A program made the position numbers and the translations under genes. Source: Bacteroidia bacterium (lineage in GTDB: Bacteria; Bacteroidota; Bacteroidia; M30B66). Taken from it: a stretch of 64,000 nt of DNA. The DNA is taken from the NCBI GenBank assembly GCA_965279035.1, contig OZ257142.1, positions 960,001 through 1,024,000 of the forward strand. Reading direction: 5' to 3'. The notes under the pieces were generated by a model. The model was not told the origin of the DNA and ran no database searches. It saw only the letters and a program-made list of their open reading frames with translations. Shown here piece after piece: positions 9,866 through 20,772 of the stretch; positions within the stretch are counted from its first letter, which is position 1; the number at the start of each line of letters is the position of its first letter.

Positions 9866-11382
9866 TCGATTGTTGCTGGTGGTTTTGAACTTATATCGTA
9901 AACAACGCGATTGATTCCTTTTACTCGATTGATTATTTCATTTGAAATTTTACTGAGCAATTCAAACGGGAGATGCGAGAAATCGGCTGTCATTCCATCA
10001 TGCGAGGTAACAGCTCTTAGACAAATAACATTTTCATAACTACGTTCATCGCCCATAACTCCTACGCTTTTAATAGGAAGAAAAATGGCACCTGCTTGCC
10101 ATACATTTTTATACTCACCACTACTTTTTAATAATTCCATAAAGATAGAATCAGCCTCCTGTAAAATATGAACTTTCTCTGGTGTTATATCACCAAGTAT
10201 TCGAATAGCTAATCCAGGTCCTGGAAATGGATGTCGGTTTAATATGGTAGGACTTAATCCCAATGCAAGTCCAACTTTCCGAACCTCATCTTTAAATAAA
10301 GAACGTAATGGTTCAACTACTTTGAGGTTCATGTGCTCGGGAAGTCCTCCTACATTATGATGAGATTTTATTGTAGCCGAAGGTCCTTTAACTGAAACTG
10401 ATTCAATTACGTCAGGATAAATAGTTCCTTGTCCAAGCCATTTTACATCGGATATCTTGTGTGCTTCTTCTTCAAAAACATCGATGAAAGTACGTCCAAT
10501 GATTTTTCTTTTTTGCTCAGGGTCACTGATATTATGGAGTTCCTTTAAAAATCGGTGAGAGGAATTCACTCCGTGTATATGAAGGCCCATTTCTCTATAA
10601 TCGTGTAGCACTTGTTGAAATTCATTTTTTCTCAACAGCCCGTTATCTACAAAAATGCAATATAACTGATCGCCAATTGCTTCATTTAAAAGCATTGCAG
10701 CAACCGATGAATCTACTCCTCCACTTAAGCCAAGAACAACTTTATCTTTTCCAATCTTAGTCCTTAATTCAGAAATAGTTGATTCAATAAAGGAGGCAGG
10801 TGTCCAGGTTCCAGCACATCCACATATTTCATTTACAAAATTTGAAAGTAGCTGCTTGCCATCTGTTGAGTGAGTTACTTCTGGGTGAAATTGTATGGCA
10901 TATATCTTCTTTGATTCATTTTCAAATACTGCAACTGGAATGTCTTCGGTATTTGCAGATATTTTATAACCGCTTGGTATCGCAGTAATTGTATCACCGT
11001 GCGACATCCATACTTGAGAAGATTGTGGAATGTTTTTTAACAGTATGCTATTCTCTATAATTTGAATATGAGAACGTCCATATTCTCTTGTTGAAGATCG
11101 TTCAACATTTCCTCCTTGTGTATCTGCTATATATTGAGCACCATAACAAACCCCTAAAACAGGAAACTTATCTTCGAATTGAGATAAGTTAATTACAGGT
11201 CTTTCATCTTCTTTAACTGAGAATGGGCTACCCGATAGAATAACTCCTTTAATATTAGCACCTAAATTAGGTATATGGTTATAAGGATGGATTTCGCAAT
11301 ATACATTGAGCTCTCTAACTCGTCTGGCAATTAGCTGAGTATATTGAGAGCCGAAGTCTAAGATTAGAATGGTTTCCTGCAT
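9856..11382 (-). CDS. guaA: GMP synthase (glutamine-hydrolysing)
   Basis: [35 protein letters not shown] and KPPATIEWE. Confidence 0.97.
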   Translation of the reverse strand: MQETILILDFGSQYTQLIARRVRELNVYCEIHPYNHIPNLGANIKGVILSGSPFSVKEDERPVINLSQFEDKFPVLGVCYGAQYIADTQGGNVERSSTREYGRSHIQIIENSILLKNIPQSSQVWMSHGDTITAIPSGYKISANTEDIPVAVFENESKKIYAIQFHPEVTHSTDGKQLLSNFVNEICGCAGTWTPASFIESTISELRTKIGKDKVVLGLSGGVDSSVAAMLLNEAIGDQLYCIFVDNGLLRKNEFQQVLHDYREMGLHIHGVNSSHRFLKELHNISDPEQKRKIIGRTFIDVFEEEAHKISDVKWLGQGTIYPDVIESVSVKGPSATIKSHHNVGGLPEHMNLKVVEPLRSLFKDEVRKVGLALGLSPTILNRHPFPGPGLAIRILGDITPEKVHILQEADSIFMELLKSSGEYKNVWQAGAIFLPIKSVGVMGDERSYENVICLRAVTSHDGMTADFSHLPFELLSKISNEIINRVKGINRVVYDISSKPPATIEWE

Positions 11383-11706
11383 GTGCAAATATACACGGCT
11401 TGATTCGTTGTAAGAGAATTCAAGTGAAATCTATACAGAATATTCAACACATTGCGAATTGAAAATCGTTGAGGCTCTATTGGTACTTTAATAGATTGAG
11501 ATTAGAATGTAATTTATTCATAGTTCTTGTTCACTTGATTGAATTTTAGCAAGTAAATTCAATAGTTATTAAGATCACAATCGATTTTATGGCTGAAATT
11601 GGCTAGTAAGATTGAGTTGGGCTTTGTTAAAACTTCATTAATAAGCAAGCGTATTAATGCAAAACCCAAATGTAACTTAGTTGCATGAACTAAATTCTAC
11701 TTTCAA

Positions 11707-12852
11707 ATGATTATTGAACAATTAAACTGGACATCCTCCAAAGGGTGGAAAGAAGAGCTGAATAGCAATGTGGTTGAGTTTAAACCACAAATCGTTTTAA
11801 TTTTTGGATCAAGACTTTTATTGTCAGATGTAAATCTCATTCAAGAGATTAACAAACGTTATCCAAACTCACAAATTATTGGATGTTCTACTTCGGGAGA
11901 AATTCTGGGGACATCAGTAAATGATGATAGTTTGGCAGTTACTGCTGTACAATTTGAAAAAACAGCATTAAAATTTTCATTTCTAGAAGTTGAAAAATCA
12001 ACCAATAGTTATGATGCTGCATCAAAACTAGCCTCTTCATTACCACTTGAAGGTTTGAAGCATGTTTTTGTTTTGTCGGACGGTTTAAATGTGAACGGAT
12101 CTGAATTAGTAAGAGGCTTCAGAAAAGCACTTCCAAACTCAATTAGTTTAACTGGAGGATTAGCTGGTGATGGAGCAAATTTTAGTGAAACATCTGTTTT
12201 TGATGCTAACGGAATTGCTCAAAGTCATACAATTTCGGCCATAGGTTTTTATGGAGATTCCATCGAGATTGGTTATGGTTCGTTTGGAGGTTGGGATAGC
12301 TTTGGGATTGATCGTATGATCACAAAAAGTAAAAGCAATGTATTGTTTGAAATTGACGGAACTCCAGCTTTGGAACTTTACAAATCGTTCCTTGGTGACC
12401 AAGCCTCAGAATTACCTGGATCTGGATTATTATTTCCATTAAGTCTTCGTACAGAATCTGATACAACTCCAGTTGTGAGAACAATCTTATCAGTTAATGA
12501 AGAAGATCAAAGTATCACGTTTGCAGGTGATTTACCTGAAGGAGCCTATGTGAAATTTATGAAGGCAAATATTGATCGACTAATTAATGGATCAATTAAA
12601 GCGGCAGAAGTTAGTAAAAGCTCCAAATCGGATAAATCGCCTGATCTCGCTATACTAATATCATGTGTAGGTCGAAAATTGGTTCTTAAACAATTAGTTG
12701 AAGAAGAAGTAGAAGCTGCTAAAGATATTCTTGGAAAAGAAACAGCAATTACCGGTTTCTATTCATACGGTGAAATTTCACCATTTTCTGAAGGAGCACA
12801 ATGCGAATTGCATAATCAAACAATGACCATTACTACATTTTCAGAACGTTGA
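11707..12852 (+). CDS. Stand-alone FIST (FIST_N + FIST_C, NosP-like) sensor protein
   Basis: GCSTSGEI, GGLAGD, ISCVGRK, GFYSYGEI and LHNQTMT motifs. Confidence 0.9.
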   Translation: MIIEQLNWTSSKGWKEELNSNVVEFKPQIVLIFGSRLLLSDVNLIQEINKRYPNSQIIGCSTSGEILGTSVNDDSLAVTAVQFEKTALKFSFLEVEKSTNSYDAASKLASSLPLEGLKHVFVLSDGLNVNGSELVRGFRKALPNSISLTGGLAGDGANFSETSVFDANGIAQSHTISAIGFYGDSIEIGYGSFGGWDSFGIDRMITKSKSNVLFEIDGTPALELYKSFLGDQASELPGSGLLFPLSLRTESDTTPVVRTILSVNEEDQSITFAGDLPEGAYVKFMKANIDRLINGSIKAAEVSKSSKSDKSPDLAILISCVGRKLVLKQLVEEEVEAAKDILGKETAITGFYSYGEISPFSEGAQCELHNQTMTITTFSER

Positions 12853-12856
12853 AATT

Positions 12857-15547
12857 ATGCACAACTTTCATCGACTTCTTCAACGTCAAATTAATAAGCA
12901 TCTAGATTCCAGTAAAGCTGAATCTGCAGAAATGCTTTCATTTTTCGAATCTATTGATTTAGCATATCGTGATTTTGAAAAAGATCATGATCAAATAGAG
13001 CGAACACTTGAAATTAGTTCGAATGAGCTTTTCAAATCGAATAAGTTACTTAATTCGATGAATGAGGCGCTTGAAGTAAAAGTTATTGAAAGGACAAAAG
13101 AGCTTGAAGGAGCTAATAATGTTTTATTGTACGAAAAAAGTGAGAGAGAAAAGAGAGAGTCAGTACAAATTTATACCGATGGAATTCTTCGCTCAACGAA
13201 TGAAGCAATAAGTAATTTAATCACTCAAACTGATTTAGAAAGCTCTATTACTCTAGCCCTTGAAGCAGTTGCAATTCAAGGGAATATTGAATCCATTTAT
13301 TTATTTAATCGGTTTCAAGAAGAGTTAAGTGAAAAGCAATTTAAACTTTTTACGTGTTGGTCGAATAAGTCGAAAAACGGAAGCCTTGATTGTAGGGATA
13401 TTCTACTTGATTTATTAAATCAACCCAAAGGGTTTCTATATCTTCAACTTCAAAAAGGAATTGTAGTACATAGTTCACAATTAATTGAATCGGGAGATAT
13501 TCCTGATTCAATGATTCAAAACGGTGACTTCAAAACATTTGATTTTTATGCGCTTCCAGTTTTTGTAGGTCAAAAATTCTCATCAGTAACTTTGTTCATT
13601 AAAAACAAAGAAATTGTTTGGGAACCGGTACTTCAGACTATTTTATTGAATTTTTCTAATTCAATCGGTAATCTGATTCATCAAAAAGATGTTGAGCGTA
13701 GAATGAACAAACAACGTGAAGCATTACTTGAAGCTCAGGAATTTGCGAAGATTGCAAGCTTCAATATTGATTTCAAAAAGAAAGTGAGTTCATTTACTGA
13801 CCAGGCAACCTACCTTTTAAATTTAAAAAAGAGTGAGCTTGAATTTGATGTAGAATTAATTCATCGTTTAAGAAAGAATGTCCTTGCGGAAGATCTAGTT
13901 TTAATAGATAACACATGGGTAAATGCCATGCGCGAACGAAAAGAAGTTCGTATAGATTTTAGAGTAAAACATGATGATGGTTCTATTCATCATTTAAATT
14001 GGAATGTTGAACCAGAATTTGATGAAAAAGGAAGAATATCGAGTGTTAAAGGTATTCTTCAAGATATTACTGAACGTAAATTAATGGCTGAAAAAGCCAC
14101 AACAGCTCGATTGATTATTGAAAATAGTCCAGCAATATTATTTCGTTGGAGTATTTCTGAAAATTGGCCTGTTGAATATGTTTCAAGTAATATAAAGCAA
14201 TTCGGATATACAGAAGAAGATTTTATTTCTCGAAAAATCGTGTATGCTAGCATTATTCATCCAGATGATTTTGAACGAATAAAAGATGAAGTAGAAGAAA
14301 ATAGAAAGGAAGGTCGTAAAAGCTATACTCAGGAATATCGAATACTTACAGCTTCAGGTGAAATCCGTTGGGTAGAAGATCAAACTGTAATTGAAGAAGA
14401 TGTTAATGGCGTTGTAAAATACCATCAAGGAATTATTAATGATGTTACAGAACAAAAGCAAACGAAACTTGCTTTGATCGAAAGTGAGCAACGATTCCGA
14501 TCATTGGTTCAAAATTCATCTGATATAACTACCATTCTAGAAATAGACGGAGTTGTTCGGTACGAAAGTCCTAGTTTCTTTAGGATGTTTGAATATGAAC
14601 CGGATGAAATCATTGGTCGTTCCGCATTTGAGTTTATTCATGAAGATGATGTTCAAGGAGTTTTAGAAGCCTTTTCTAATTTAACAACGACAGACGAAGT
14701 TCCAGCCCCGATTGTATTTCGATTTAAACATAAAAACGGTCAATGGCAATATTTAGAAGCTATTGGGAATGACTTAACCAAAGAACCTGCAATTGGTGGT
14801 TTAGTAGTGAACTCGCGTGATGTTACAGATCGCGTTGCGAATGAATCTCAACTAAAGGAATATGCAGGAACACTGGAGAAAATAAATAAAGAACTTGACC
14901 AGTTTGCCTATATCGTTTCACACGACTTAAAAGCACCACTTCGAGCAATTAATAATTTATCCATTTGGATTGAGGAAGATTTAGAAGGTAAAATGCAGCC
15001 GGATACTATGAAGAATTTCGACATGCTGAGAGGTCGGATTCATCGCATGGAAGGCTTAATTAATGGGATTCTACAATATTCCCGAGCTGGTAGAATGAAA
15101 GCAGAATCGGTGTCAATTCCAATGAATTCGTTTATTGCTGACATAGTTTCCAACCTATCACCACCTGAAAATTTTGTAGTTCAAATCCAAGAAAATCTAC
15201 CTGTTATTGAAGGAGAAAAAGTAGCTATTGATCAAGTATTTTCAAACTTCATCAGCAATGCTATCAAATACAATAACAACCCTAATCCTACAGTTAAAAT
15301 TGGTTATGAGGATAGAGGAATTGTTCATTGCTTTTATGTACAAGATAATGGACCTGGTATCGATAAGCAATTTCACGAAAAAGTATTTGCAATCTTCCAA
15401 ACATTGCAGGCACGAGATAGCGTCGAAAGTACTGGTGTAGGATTGGCAATCGTAAAGAAAATTATTGAAGAAAAAGGAGGAAGTGTATGGATCGAAAGTG
15501 AACATGGACAGGGCTCAACATTCTTCTTTACAATCCCTAAAAACTGA
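12857..15547 (+). CDS. Cytoplasmic multi-PAS sensor histidine kinase
   Basis: Three PAS/PAC segments (DITE, IHPDD, IHEDD), H-box SHDLKAPLRAI, N-box NAIKY, DNGPGI and GVGLA; no TM segment seen. Confidence 0.92.
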   Translation: MHNFHRLLQRQINKHLDSSKAESAEMLSFFESIDLAYRDFEKDHDQIERTLEISSNELFKSNKLLNSMNEALEVKVIERTKELEGANNVLLYEKSEREKRESVQIYTDGILRSTNEAISNLITQTDLESSITLALEAVAIQGNIESIYLFNRFQEELSEKQFKLFTCWSNKSKNGSLDCRDILLDLLNQPKGFLYLQLQKGIVVHSSQLIESGDIPDSMIQNGDFKTFDFYALPVFVGQKFSSVTLFIKNKEIVWEPVLQTILLNFSNSIGNLIHQKDVERRMNKQREALLEAQEFAKIASFNIDFKKKVSSFTDQATYLLNLKKSELEFDVELIHRLRKNVLAEDLVLIDNTWVNAMRERKEVRIDFRVKHDDGSIHHLNWNVEPEFDEKGRISSVKGILQDITERKLMAEKATTARLIIENSPAILFRWSISENWPVEYVSSNIKQFGYTEEDFISRKIVYASIIHPDDFERIKDEVEENRKEGRKSYTQEYRILTASGEIRWVEDQTVIEEDVNGVVKYHQGIINDVTEQKQTKLALIESEQRFRSLVQNSSDITTILEIDGVVRYESPSFFRMFEYEPDEIIGRSAFEFIHEDDVQGVLEAFSNLTTTDEVPAPIVFRFKHKNGQWQYLEAIGNDLTKEPAIGGLVVNSRDVTDRVANESQLKEYAGTLEKINKELDQFAYIVSHDLKAPLRAINNLSIWIEEDLEGKMQPDTMKNFDMLRGRIHRMEGLINGILQYSRAGRMKAESVSIPMNSFIADIVSNLSPPENFVVQIQENLPVIEGEKVAIDQVFSNFISNAIKYNNNPNPTVKIGYEDRGIVHCFYVQDNGPGIDKQFHEKVFAIFQTLQARDSVESTGVGLAIVKKIIEEKGGSVWIESEHGQGSTFFFTIPKN

Positions 15548-15644
15548 CAACTGTTTGTGAGTAACTCAATGTTAATGAGCGTACTTACGTTAAAACAAAT
15601 TCTAATTTCAAATCCAAAATTTACAAACTCAAAAATAAATCACC

Positions 15645-16073
15645 ATGGCTGAAAAAACAATAAATATCCTTTTGATTGAAGATGATGAGGTTGATGTAAT
15701 GAATGTTAAACGGGCATTCCAGAAAAACAACTTAACGAATCCAATGCACCATGCTGGAAATGGTATTGAAGCACTTCAATTATTAAGAGGTGTTGATGGT
15801 GCAGAGCCAATTCCACTTCCCCGTATTATCTTGCTAGATCTCAATATGCCACGAATGGGTGGAATTGAATTTCTTCATGAACTAAGAAAAGATGAGCATT
15901 TAAAAAACATCAGTGTTTTTGTAATGACAACATCCAATGAAGACAAAGACAAAGTAGATGCATACAACCTCAATGTTGCAGGATACATTCTAAAACCATT
16001 GTCGATGGAGAGCTTTGTAAGTGCTGTTTCGATCCTGAAAAATTACTGGACTTTGTGCGAATATCCCATTTAA
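15645..16073 (+). CDS. Single-domain response regulator (Rcp1-like)
   Basis: LLIEDD, LLDLNMP, MTTS, YILKP and a C-terminal YW. Confidence 0.9.
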   Translation: MAEKTINILLIEDDEVDVMNVKRAFQKNNLTNPMHHAGNGIEALQLLRGVDGAEPIPLPRIILLDLNMPRMGGIEFLHELRKDEHLKNISVFVMTTSNEDKDKVDAYNLNVAGYILKPLSMESFVSAVSILKNYWTLCEYPI

Positions 16074-16161
16074 AAACGCAACTAAATGCACGTTGATTCG
16101 TATACGTTGAAAGCAGTCGCTGATTGCTTAATTATAAATACAGCTTAAAATCTACCTCAAA

Positions 16162-18144
16162 ATGTCGGAATCTACTATTCGTATTTTTCTAGTTGATGAT
16201 GATGAAATTGATGCAATGTCTTTTGACAGAGCACTCAAGAAATCAGGTGTCACATATACTTTGAAGCATTGCAAAAATGCATCTGAGGCATTAGAAGAAA
16301 TAACACAAGTTGAATATGACTGTGTCTTTCTTGATTATCAACTACCAGGTGTAGATGGATTAGTGCTTTTGAAAAGAATGAAAGAATTAGGAGTTTTAGC
16401 TCCTATTGCAGTAATGACATCTCAAGGAGATGAGAAAATTGCTGTAGAAATGATGAAAGCTGGTGCTTTTGACTATTTTCCAAAAGATGAAGTGAATGCA
16501 GATAATATTTCAAAAGTTATTCGTGCTGGTCTTCGTTTAAATGAAATTCAAATACAAAAAACACAAGCAGAGAAAGCCCTTAAGGAAAATAACAATAAAC
16601 TTAATACAATTCTAGAAAGTACTAGATCCTTAATTTTTTCTGTAGATAATGAATTAAGATATACCGCTTTTAATACAACATTTAAAAAGACAATTGTTAA
16701 TTTATATGGCAATTTTCCAGAGCTAAATCAACCTTTCCAGGATGATATCTCTCGAATGAAAGACAAAGCCGTTTTACTTGATTGCTTTCAAAAAGCATTG
16801 CAAGGAGAACATGTAAATATTATTGAAGAATTTGGTGATCCTGCACAGTGTTCGAATTTTTATGATTTGAATTTCAATCCGATCGTGAATGAATCGGGTA
16901 AAGTACGCGGTGTAGCTGTTTATGGACAAGACATCACCGAACGTAAAAATGCGGAACGTGAAATTTTAGAAGCCAAGTTTGAAGCAGAAAGAACTGCAAA
17001 AGCGAAGAGTGAATTCTTGAGTAATATGAGTCATGAAATACGGACGCCAATGAATGCAATCATCGGGCTTTCGGAACTTTTACTCAAAGAAAATTTAACA
17101 GAAAAACAACTCGAAAATCTTAAATCCATTAAATATTCAGCAGATAATTTATTGGTCATCATTAACGATATCCTTGATTTTTCTAAAATTGAATCTGGAA
17201 AGATTGAATTTGAAGAGGTAAACTTTGATATCAACAGTAAAATTCAAGAAATTAAGAAAACATTCATCTTTAAAGCCGAAGAAAAAGGAATTGGGTTGAA
17301 ATTCAATGTGGCAGAGCGGGTTCCTCAATTTTTGGTTGGAGATCCATTTCGTTTAAATCAAATACTTCTCAATTTATTAAGTAACGCCGTTAAATTCACT
17401 AAGGACGGTATTGTTTCTTTGAATGTTGATTTGATTGAAGAGAATGATGAATCGGCTGTTTTAAAATTCGATGTAATCGATACTGGAATTGGCATTCCTA
17501 AAGATAAATTAGCTTCAGTATTTGAAAGCTACACACAAGCATATACCGATATCACGCGACGTTTTGGAGGTACAGGTTTAGGACTTGCTATTACCAAACA
17601 GCTTGTTAATATGCAGAATGGTGAAATTACTTTGGCTTCGGAAATGGGCAAAGGAACAACCTTCACAGTTCAATTAGCATTTAAAAAAGGAGTTAGTGAA
17701 GCAAGCAGTTCTCAAGAAGATGCTATAGCAGAATTAATTGAACCACGCGATTTTAAAGGAATGCGTGTGCTACTTGTTGAAGATAATATCATGAATCAAT
17801 TTGTAGCGAATCAAGTGTTAGAACTTTGGAATATTAAAGTTGATTTTGCAAATAATGGACTTGAAGCAGTAGATATGCTTAAAGAAAATGATTATGCACT
17901 CGTATTAATGGATCTTCAAATGCCAGTTATGAGTGGATATGAAGCAACAAGCTTTATTCGTGATAAAACAAACCGACTCAGAAATCCAGAGATTCCAATT
18001 ATCGCTTTAACTGCCGATGCATTTCCTGAAACGAAAAAGAAAGTAATGGAATCTGGAATGAATGATTTTGTTACCAAACCACTAGAGCAAACTGATTTAT
18101 ATAATAAAATCAAGTTGCATGCTTTGAAGTTGGTTCAGGCATAA
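16162..18144 (+). CDS. Hybrid kinase REC-PAS-HisKA-HATPase-REC
   Basis: N-terminal REC (LDYQLP), SHEIRTPMN, GDPFRLNQILLNLLSNAVKFT, GGTGLGL, and C-terminal REC (MDLQMP). Confidence 0.92.
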   Translation: MSESTIRIFLVDDDEIDAMSFDRALKKSGVTYTLKHCKNASEALEEITQVEYDCVFLDYQLPGVDGLVLLKRMKELGVLAPIAVMTSQGDEKIAVEMMKAGAFDYFPKDEVNADNISKVIRAGLRLNEIQIQKTQAEKALKENNNKLNTILESTRSLIFSVDNELRYTAFNTTFKKTIVNLYGNFPELNQPFQDDISRMKDKAVLLDCFQKALQGEHVNIIEEFGDPAQCSNFYDLNFNPIVNESGKVRGVAVYGQDITERKNAEREILEAKFEAERTAKAKSEFLSNMSHEIRTPMNAIIGLSELLLKENLTEKQLENLKSIKYSADNLLVIINDILDFSKIESGKIEFEEVNFDINSKIQEIKKTFIFKAEEKGIGLKFNVAERVPQFLVGDPFRLNQILLNLLSNAVKFTKDGIVSLNVDLIEENDESAVLKFDVIDTGIGIPKDKLASVFESYTQAYTDITRRFGGTGLGLAITKQLVNMQNGEITLASEMGKGTTFTVQLAFKKGVSEASSSQEDAIAELIEPRDFKGMRVLLVEDNIMNQFVANQVLELWNIKVDFANNGLEAVDMLKENDYALVLMDLQMPVMSGYEATSFIRDKTNRLRNPEIPIIALTADAFPETKKKVMESGMNDFVTKPLEQTDLYNKIKLHALKLVQA

Positions 18145-18166
18145 TCAAACCGATAAGAAATTAATT

Positions 18167-18194
18167 AAAGCCAGTGGAATTTCCATTGGCTTTT
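18167..18194 (+). terminator. Intrinsic terminator
   Basis: AAAGCCAGTGGAA/TTCCATTGGCTTTT hairpin. Confidence 0.8.
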
Positions 18195-18211
18195 GTGTTT
18201 TATATTCGGTC

Positions 18212-18688
18212 ATGGAAAATCTCACGATTTCGCTTCGAACCTTAATTCTAAGTGATTTGCCCTTATTGAGAAAAATAGAACTTGATCCTGATAACAAACA
18301 ATATTCAACATTAGAACAACCATCAGAGAAAGACCTTCTTGATTTTTTAAATTCAGAGCATAATTATTATTTAAATAAACAAATTCGATATGTTATTCTA
18401 GTGGATGGTATAGGAGTAGGTTTTGTTGATTTATCGGATGCTACACTTGATTATAAAACAGCTTCTACTGGAATAATAATTCTTCCTGAATGGCGAAGAA
18501 AAAGAATTGCTTTAAAGGCACTTCAATTATTAATTGAAAAATCTCGGAAATTAAATATCAATAAATTAGAAGCACTTATTTTATTTGATAACAAATCCAG
18601 TATTCAATTATATTCGAAAGCAGGCTTCCAATTGGAAGAAATTAAAGATGAATTTTATTTATATTCATTGGATTTATTGAATGTTTAA
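18212..18688 (+). CDS. GNAT acetyltransferase (RimJ/RimL/SpeG-like)
   Basis: GIIILPEWRRKRIA and NKSSIQLYSKAGF motifs. Confidence 0.8.
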   Translation: MENLTISLRTLILSDLPLLRKIELDPDNKQYSTLEQPSEKDLLDFLNSEHNYYLNKQIRYVILVDGIGVGFVDLSDATLDYKTASTGIIILPEWRRKRIALKALQLLIEKSRKLNINKLEALILFDNKSSIQLYSKAGFQLEEIKDEFYLYSLDLLNV

Positions 18689-20720
18689 ATCGAATATGAG
18701 ATATAGTATTAAGTCTTTTAGGTACCGAATTAAAACACTACTAACTATATGTTGCATCCTTATTTTAGTTTCGATTATTTCCTATTGTAGTTCAACGGAT
18801 GAGCAAGCGAATAATAAATCCTATCTCAATCTAAACGACACCGTTTCTTATGTTGGAATGGAAACCTGTAAGCAATGTCATGGACAAATTCATGCTACAT
18901 TTTCTCAAACGGGCATGGGTAAATCGTTCGAGAAAGCAAGTCGATCCAAAAGCTCAGGAGATTTTAATAATGCTCATTCTGTTTATGATAAAGCATTGAA
19001 TCTTTGGTATAAACCTATTTGGGAAAATGATTCTTTAATTATTGTTGAATATCGAATACAAGGGAAAGACACGATTCATTTTCGCAAGCAAAAAATTCAA
19101 TACATCATTGGTTCTGGTCAACACACCAACTCCCATTTATTTTCCGAAAATGGGTATTTATTTCAAGCACCTCTCACCTTTTATACTCAAGATAATCGTT
19201 GGGATTTACCACCCGGATTTGAGAATGGTGAAAATTCACGATTTAATCGAATCATTGGATTAGAATGCATGTCGTGTCATAATGGCTATCCTCAAATGGT
19301 AAAGGGTTCTGAAAATAAATTTAAAAGCCTGCCCAACGGAATTGATTGTGAACGTTGTCATGGACCAGGTGGAATTCATGTTGCAGAAAAACGTAAAGGA
19401 ATAACGGTCGACACAAGTAAAGTGATTGATTATACTATTGTAAATCCAGGAAAGCTCTCAGTTGATTTGCAATTTGATTTATGTCAACGCTGTCACCTTC
19501 AGGGCAATGCTGTATTAAGGGAAGGGAAATCATTCTTCGACTTTAAACCGGGTATGCATTTAAACGAAGTGATGCGAATTTATTTACCACGATATGAAAA
19601 TGACGAAAATTCCTTCATCATGGCATCGCATGCTGATCGCTTAAAGCAGAGTAGGTGTTTTATTGAAATGGCAAAAAGAGAAGGTGCAACAAATGAATTA
19701 AGGCCTTATAAAAATGCACTTACTTGTGTGACTTGTCATAATCCGCACATCAGTGTAAATAAAACTACCCAAGACCATTTTATTCAAAAATGCACAAGCT
19801 GTCATACAAATGGGAAAGAGGATATATGTTCCGAAAAACCGGAAATTCAAAAATCAAAAAATAATAATTGTATAAGCTGTCACATGCCTGTAAGTGGCTC
19901 CATTGATATTCCACATGTGCGAATTCATGACCATTATATTCGCAAACAACCAGAGAAAATAATAGAAAATAAAGAGAAAAAACTAAAAAGTTTACAGTGT
20001 ATAAATGATAATACAAAGGATGATGTAAGTATGGCGAAAGCTTATCTCCAGCAATTTGAAAAATTCCAATCCGATCAAATTTCATTATTGGATAGTGCCG
20101 AAAAATACCTTGGTAAAAAGGGTGAACTTGAGTTAAAAAAGAATTTCAATTTATTTGTTCAGCTTCATTATTTACGTCACGATTTTAAAGCAGTAATTCA
20201 ACTTGTTTCTAAAATCGGGAAGAATGTATTGAGAGATGAAATCCTCAAAAAGCAATCATGGTCTAATCAAGATGCCTGGACTGCTTATCGGATAGGAGAA
20301 TCGTATTCCTCATTCAATCAATGGGCAGAAGCAGAATATTTTTACACGATTGCCAATAAACTCGCGCCCTATTATTTTGAATTCACGAATAAACAGGGAG
20401 TTGCTTTAATGAAAAACCAGAAACAACGTGAAGCGAAGAAACTGTTTTCAACACTCATAAAAGAAAATCCATCTTACGCTCCTGGCTGGACGAATTATGG
20501 ATATATACGTTTGTTAGAAGGTGCAGCGGAAGATGCTGAACTAGCATATAATAAAGCAATTTCTTTAGATCCAGATTATGTTTTAGGGTATCTTAATTTA
20601 ACTGGACTTTATTTATATCGGGGAGATGAATTGAAAGCAAAAGAAATTTTGAAAAAGATTTTAGTCATTGACCCACAAAATAGTCAAGCAAAAGAAATTC
20701 TCTTTTCGTTGAGAGAATAG
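18681..20720 (+). CDS. Multiheme c-type cytochrome (7 CxxCH) with C-terminal TPRs; probable lipoprotein
   Basis: CKQCH, CMSCH, CERCH, CQRCH, CVTCH, CTSCH and CISCH; hydrophobic N-terminal stretch ending ISYC; TPR-like repeats (NPSYAPGWTNYG, DPDYVLGYLNL). Confidence 0.85.
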   Translation: MFKSNMRYSIKSFRYRIKTLLTICCILILVSIISYCSSTDEQANNKSYLNLNDTVSYVGMETCKQCHGQIHATFSQTGMGKSFEKASRSKSSGDFNNAHSVYDKALNLWYKPIWENDSLIIVEYRIQGKDTIHFRKQKIQYIIGSGQHTNSHLFSENGYLFQAPLTFYTQDNRWDLPPGFENGENSRFNRIIGLECMSCHNGYPQMVKGSENKFKSLPNGIDCERCHGPGGIHVAEKRKGITVDTSKVIDYTIVNPGKLSVDLQFDLCQRCHLQGNAVLREGKSFFDFKPGMHLNEVMRIYLPRYENDENSFIMASHADRLKQSRCFIEMAKREGATNELRPYKNALTCVTCHNPHISVNKTTQDHFIQKCTSCHTNGKEDICSEKPEIQKSKNNNCISCHMPVSGSIDIPHVRIHDHYIRKQPEKIIENKEKKLKSLQCINDNTKDDVSMAKAYLQQFEKFQSDQISLLDSAEKYLGKKGELELKKNFNLFVQLHYLRHDFKAVIQLVSKIGKNVLRDEILKKQSWSNQDAWTAYRIGESYSSFNQWAEAEYFYTIANKLAPYYFEFTNKQGVALMKNQKQREAKKLFSTLIKENPSYAPGWTNYGYIRLLEGAAEDAELAYNKAISLDPDYVLGYLNLTGLYLYRGDELKAKEILKKILVIDPQNSQAKEILFSLRE

Positions 20721-20772
20721 TTTTTCAATGTGCTGAATTATCTTTTTGAATCCTTTATTTTTGGAAACCCTT

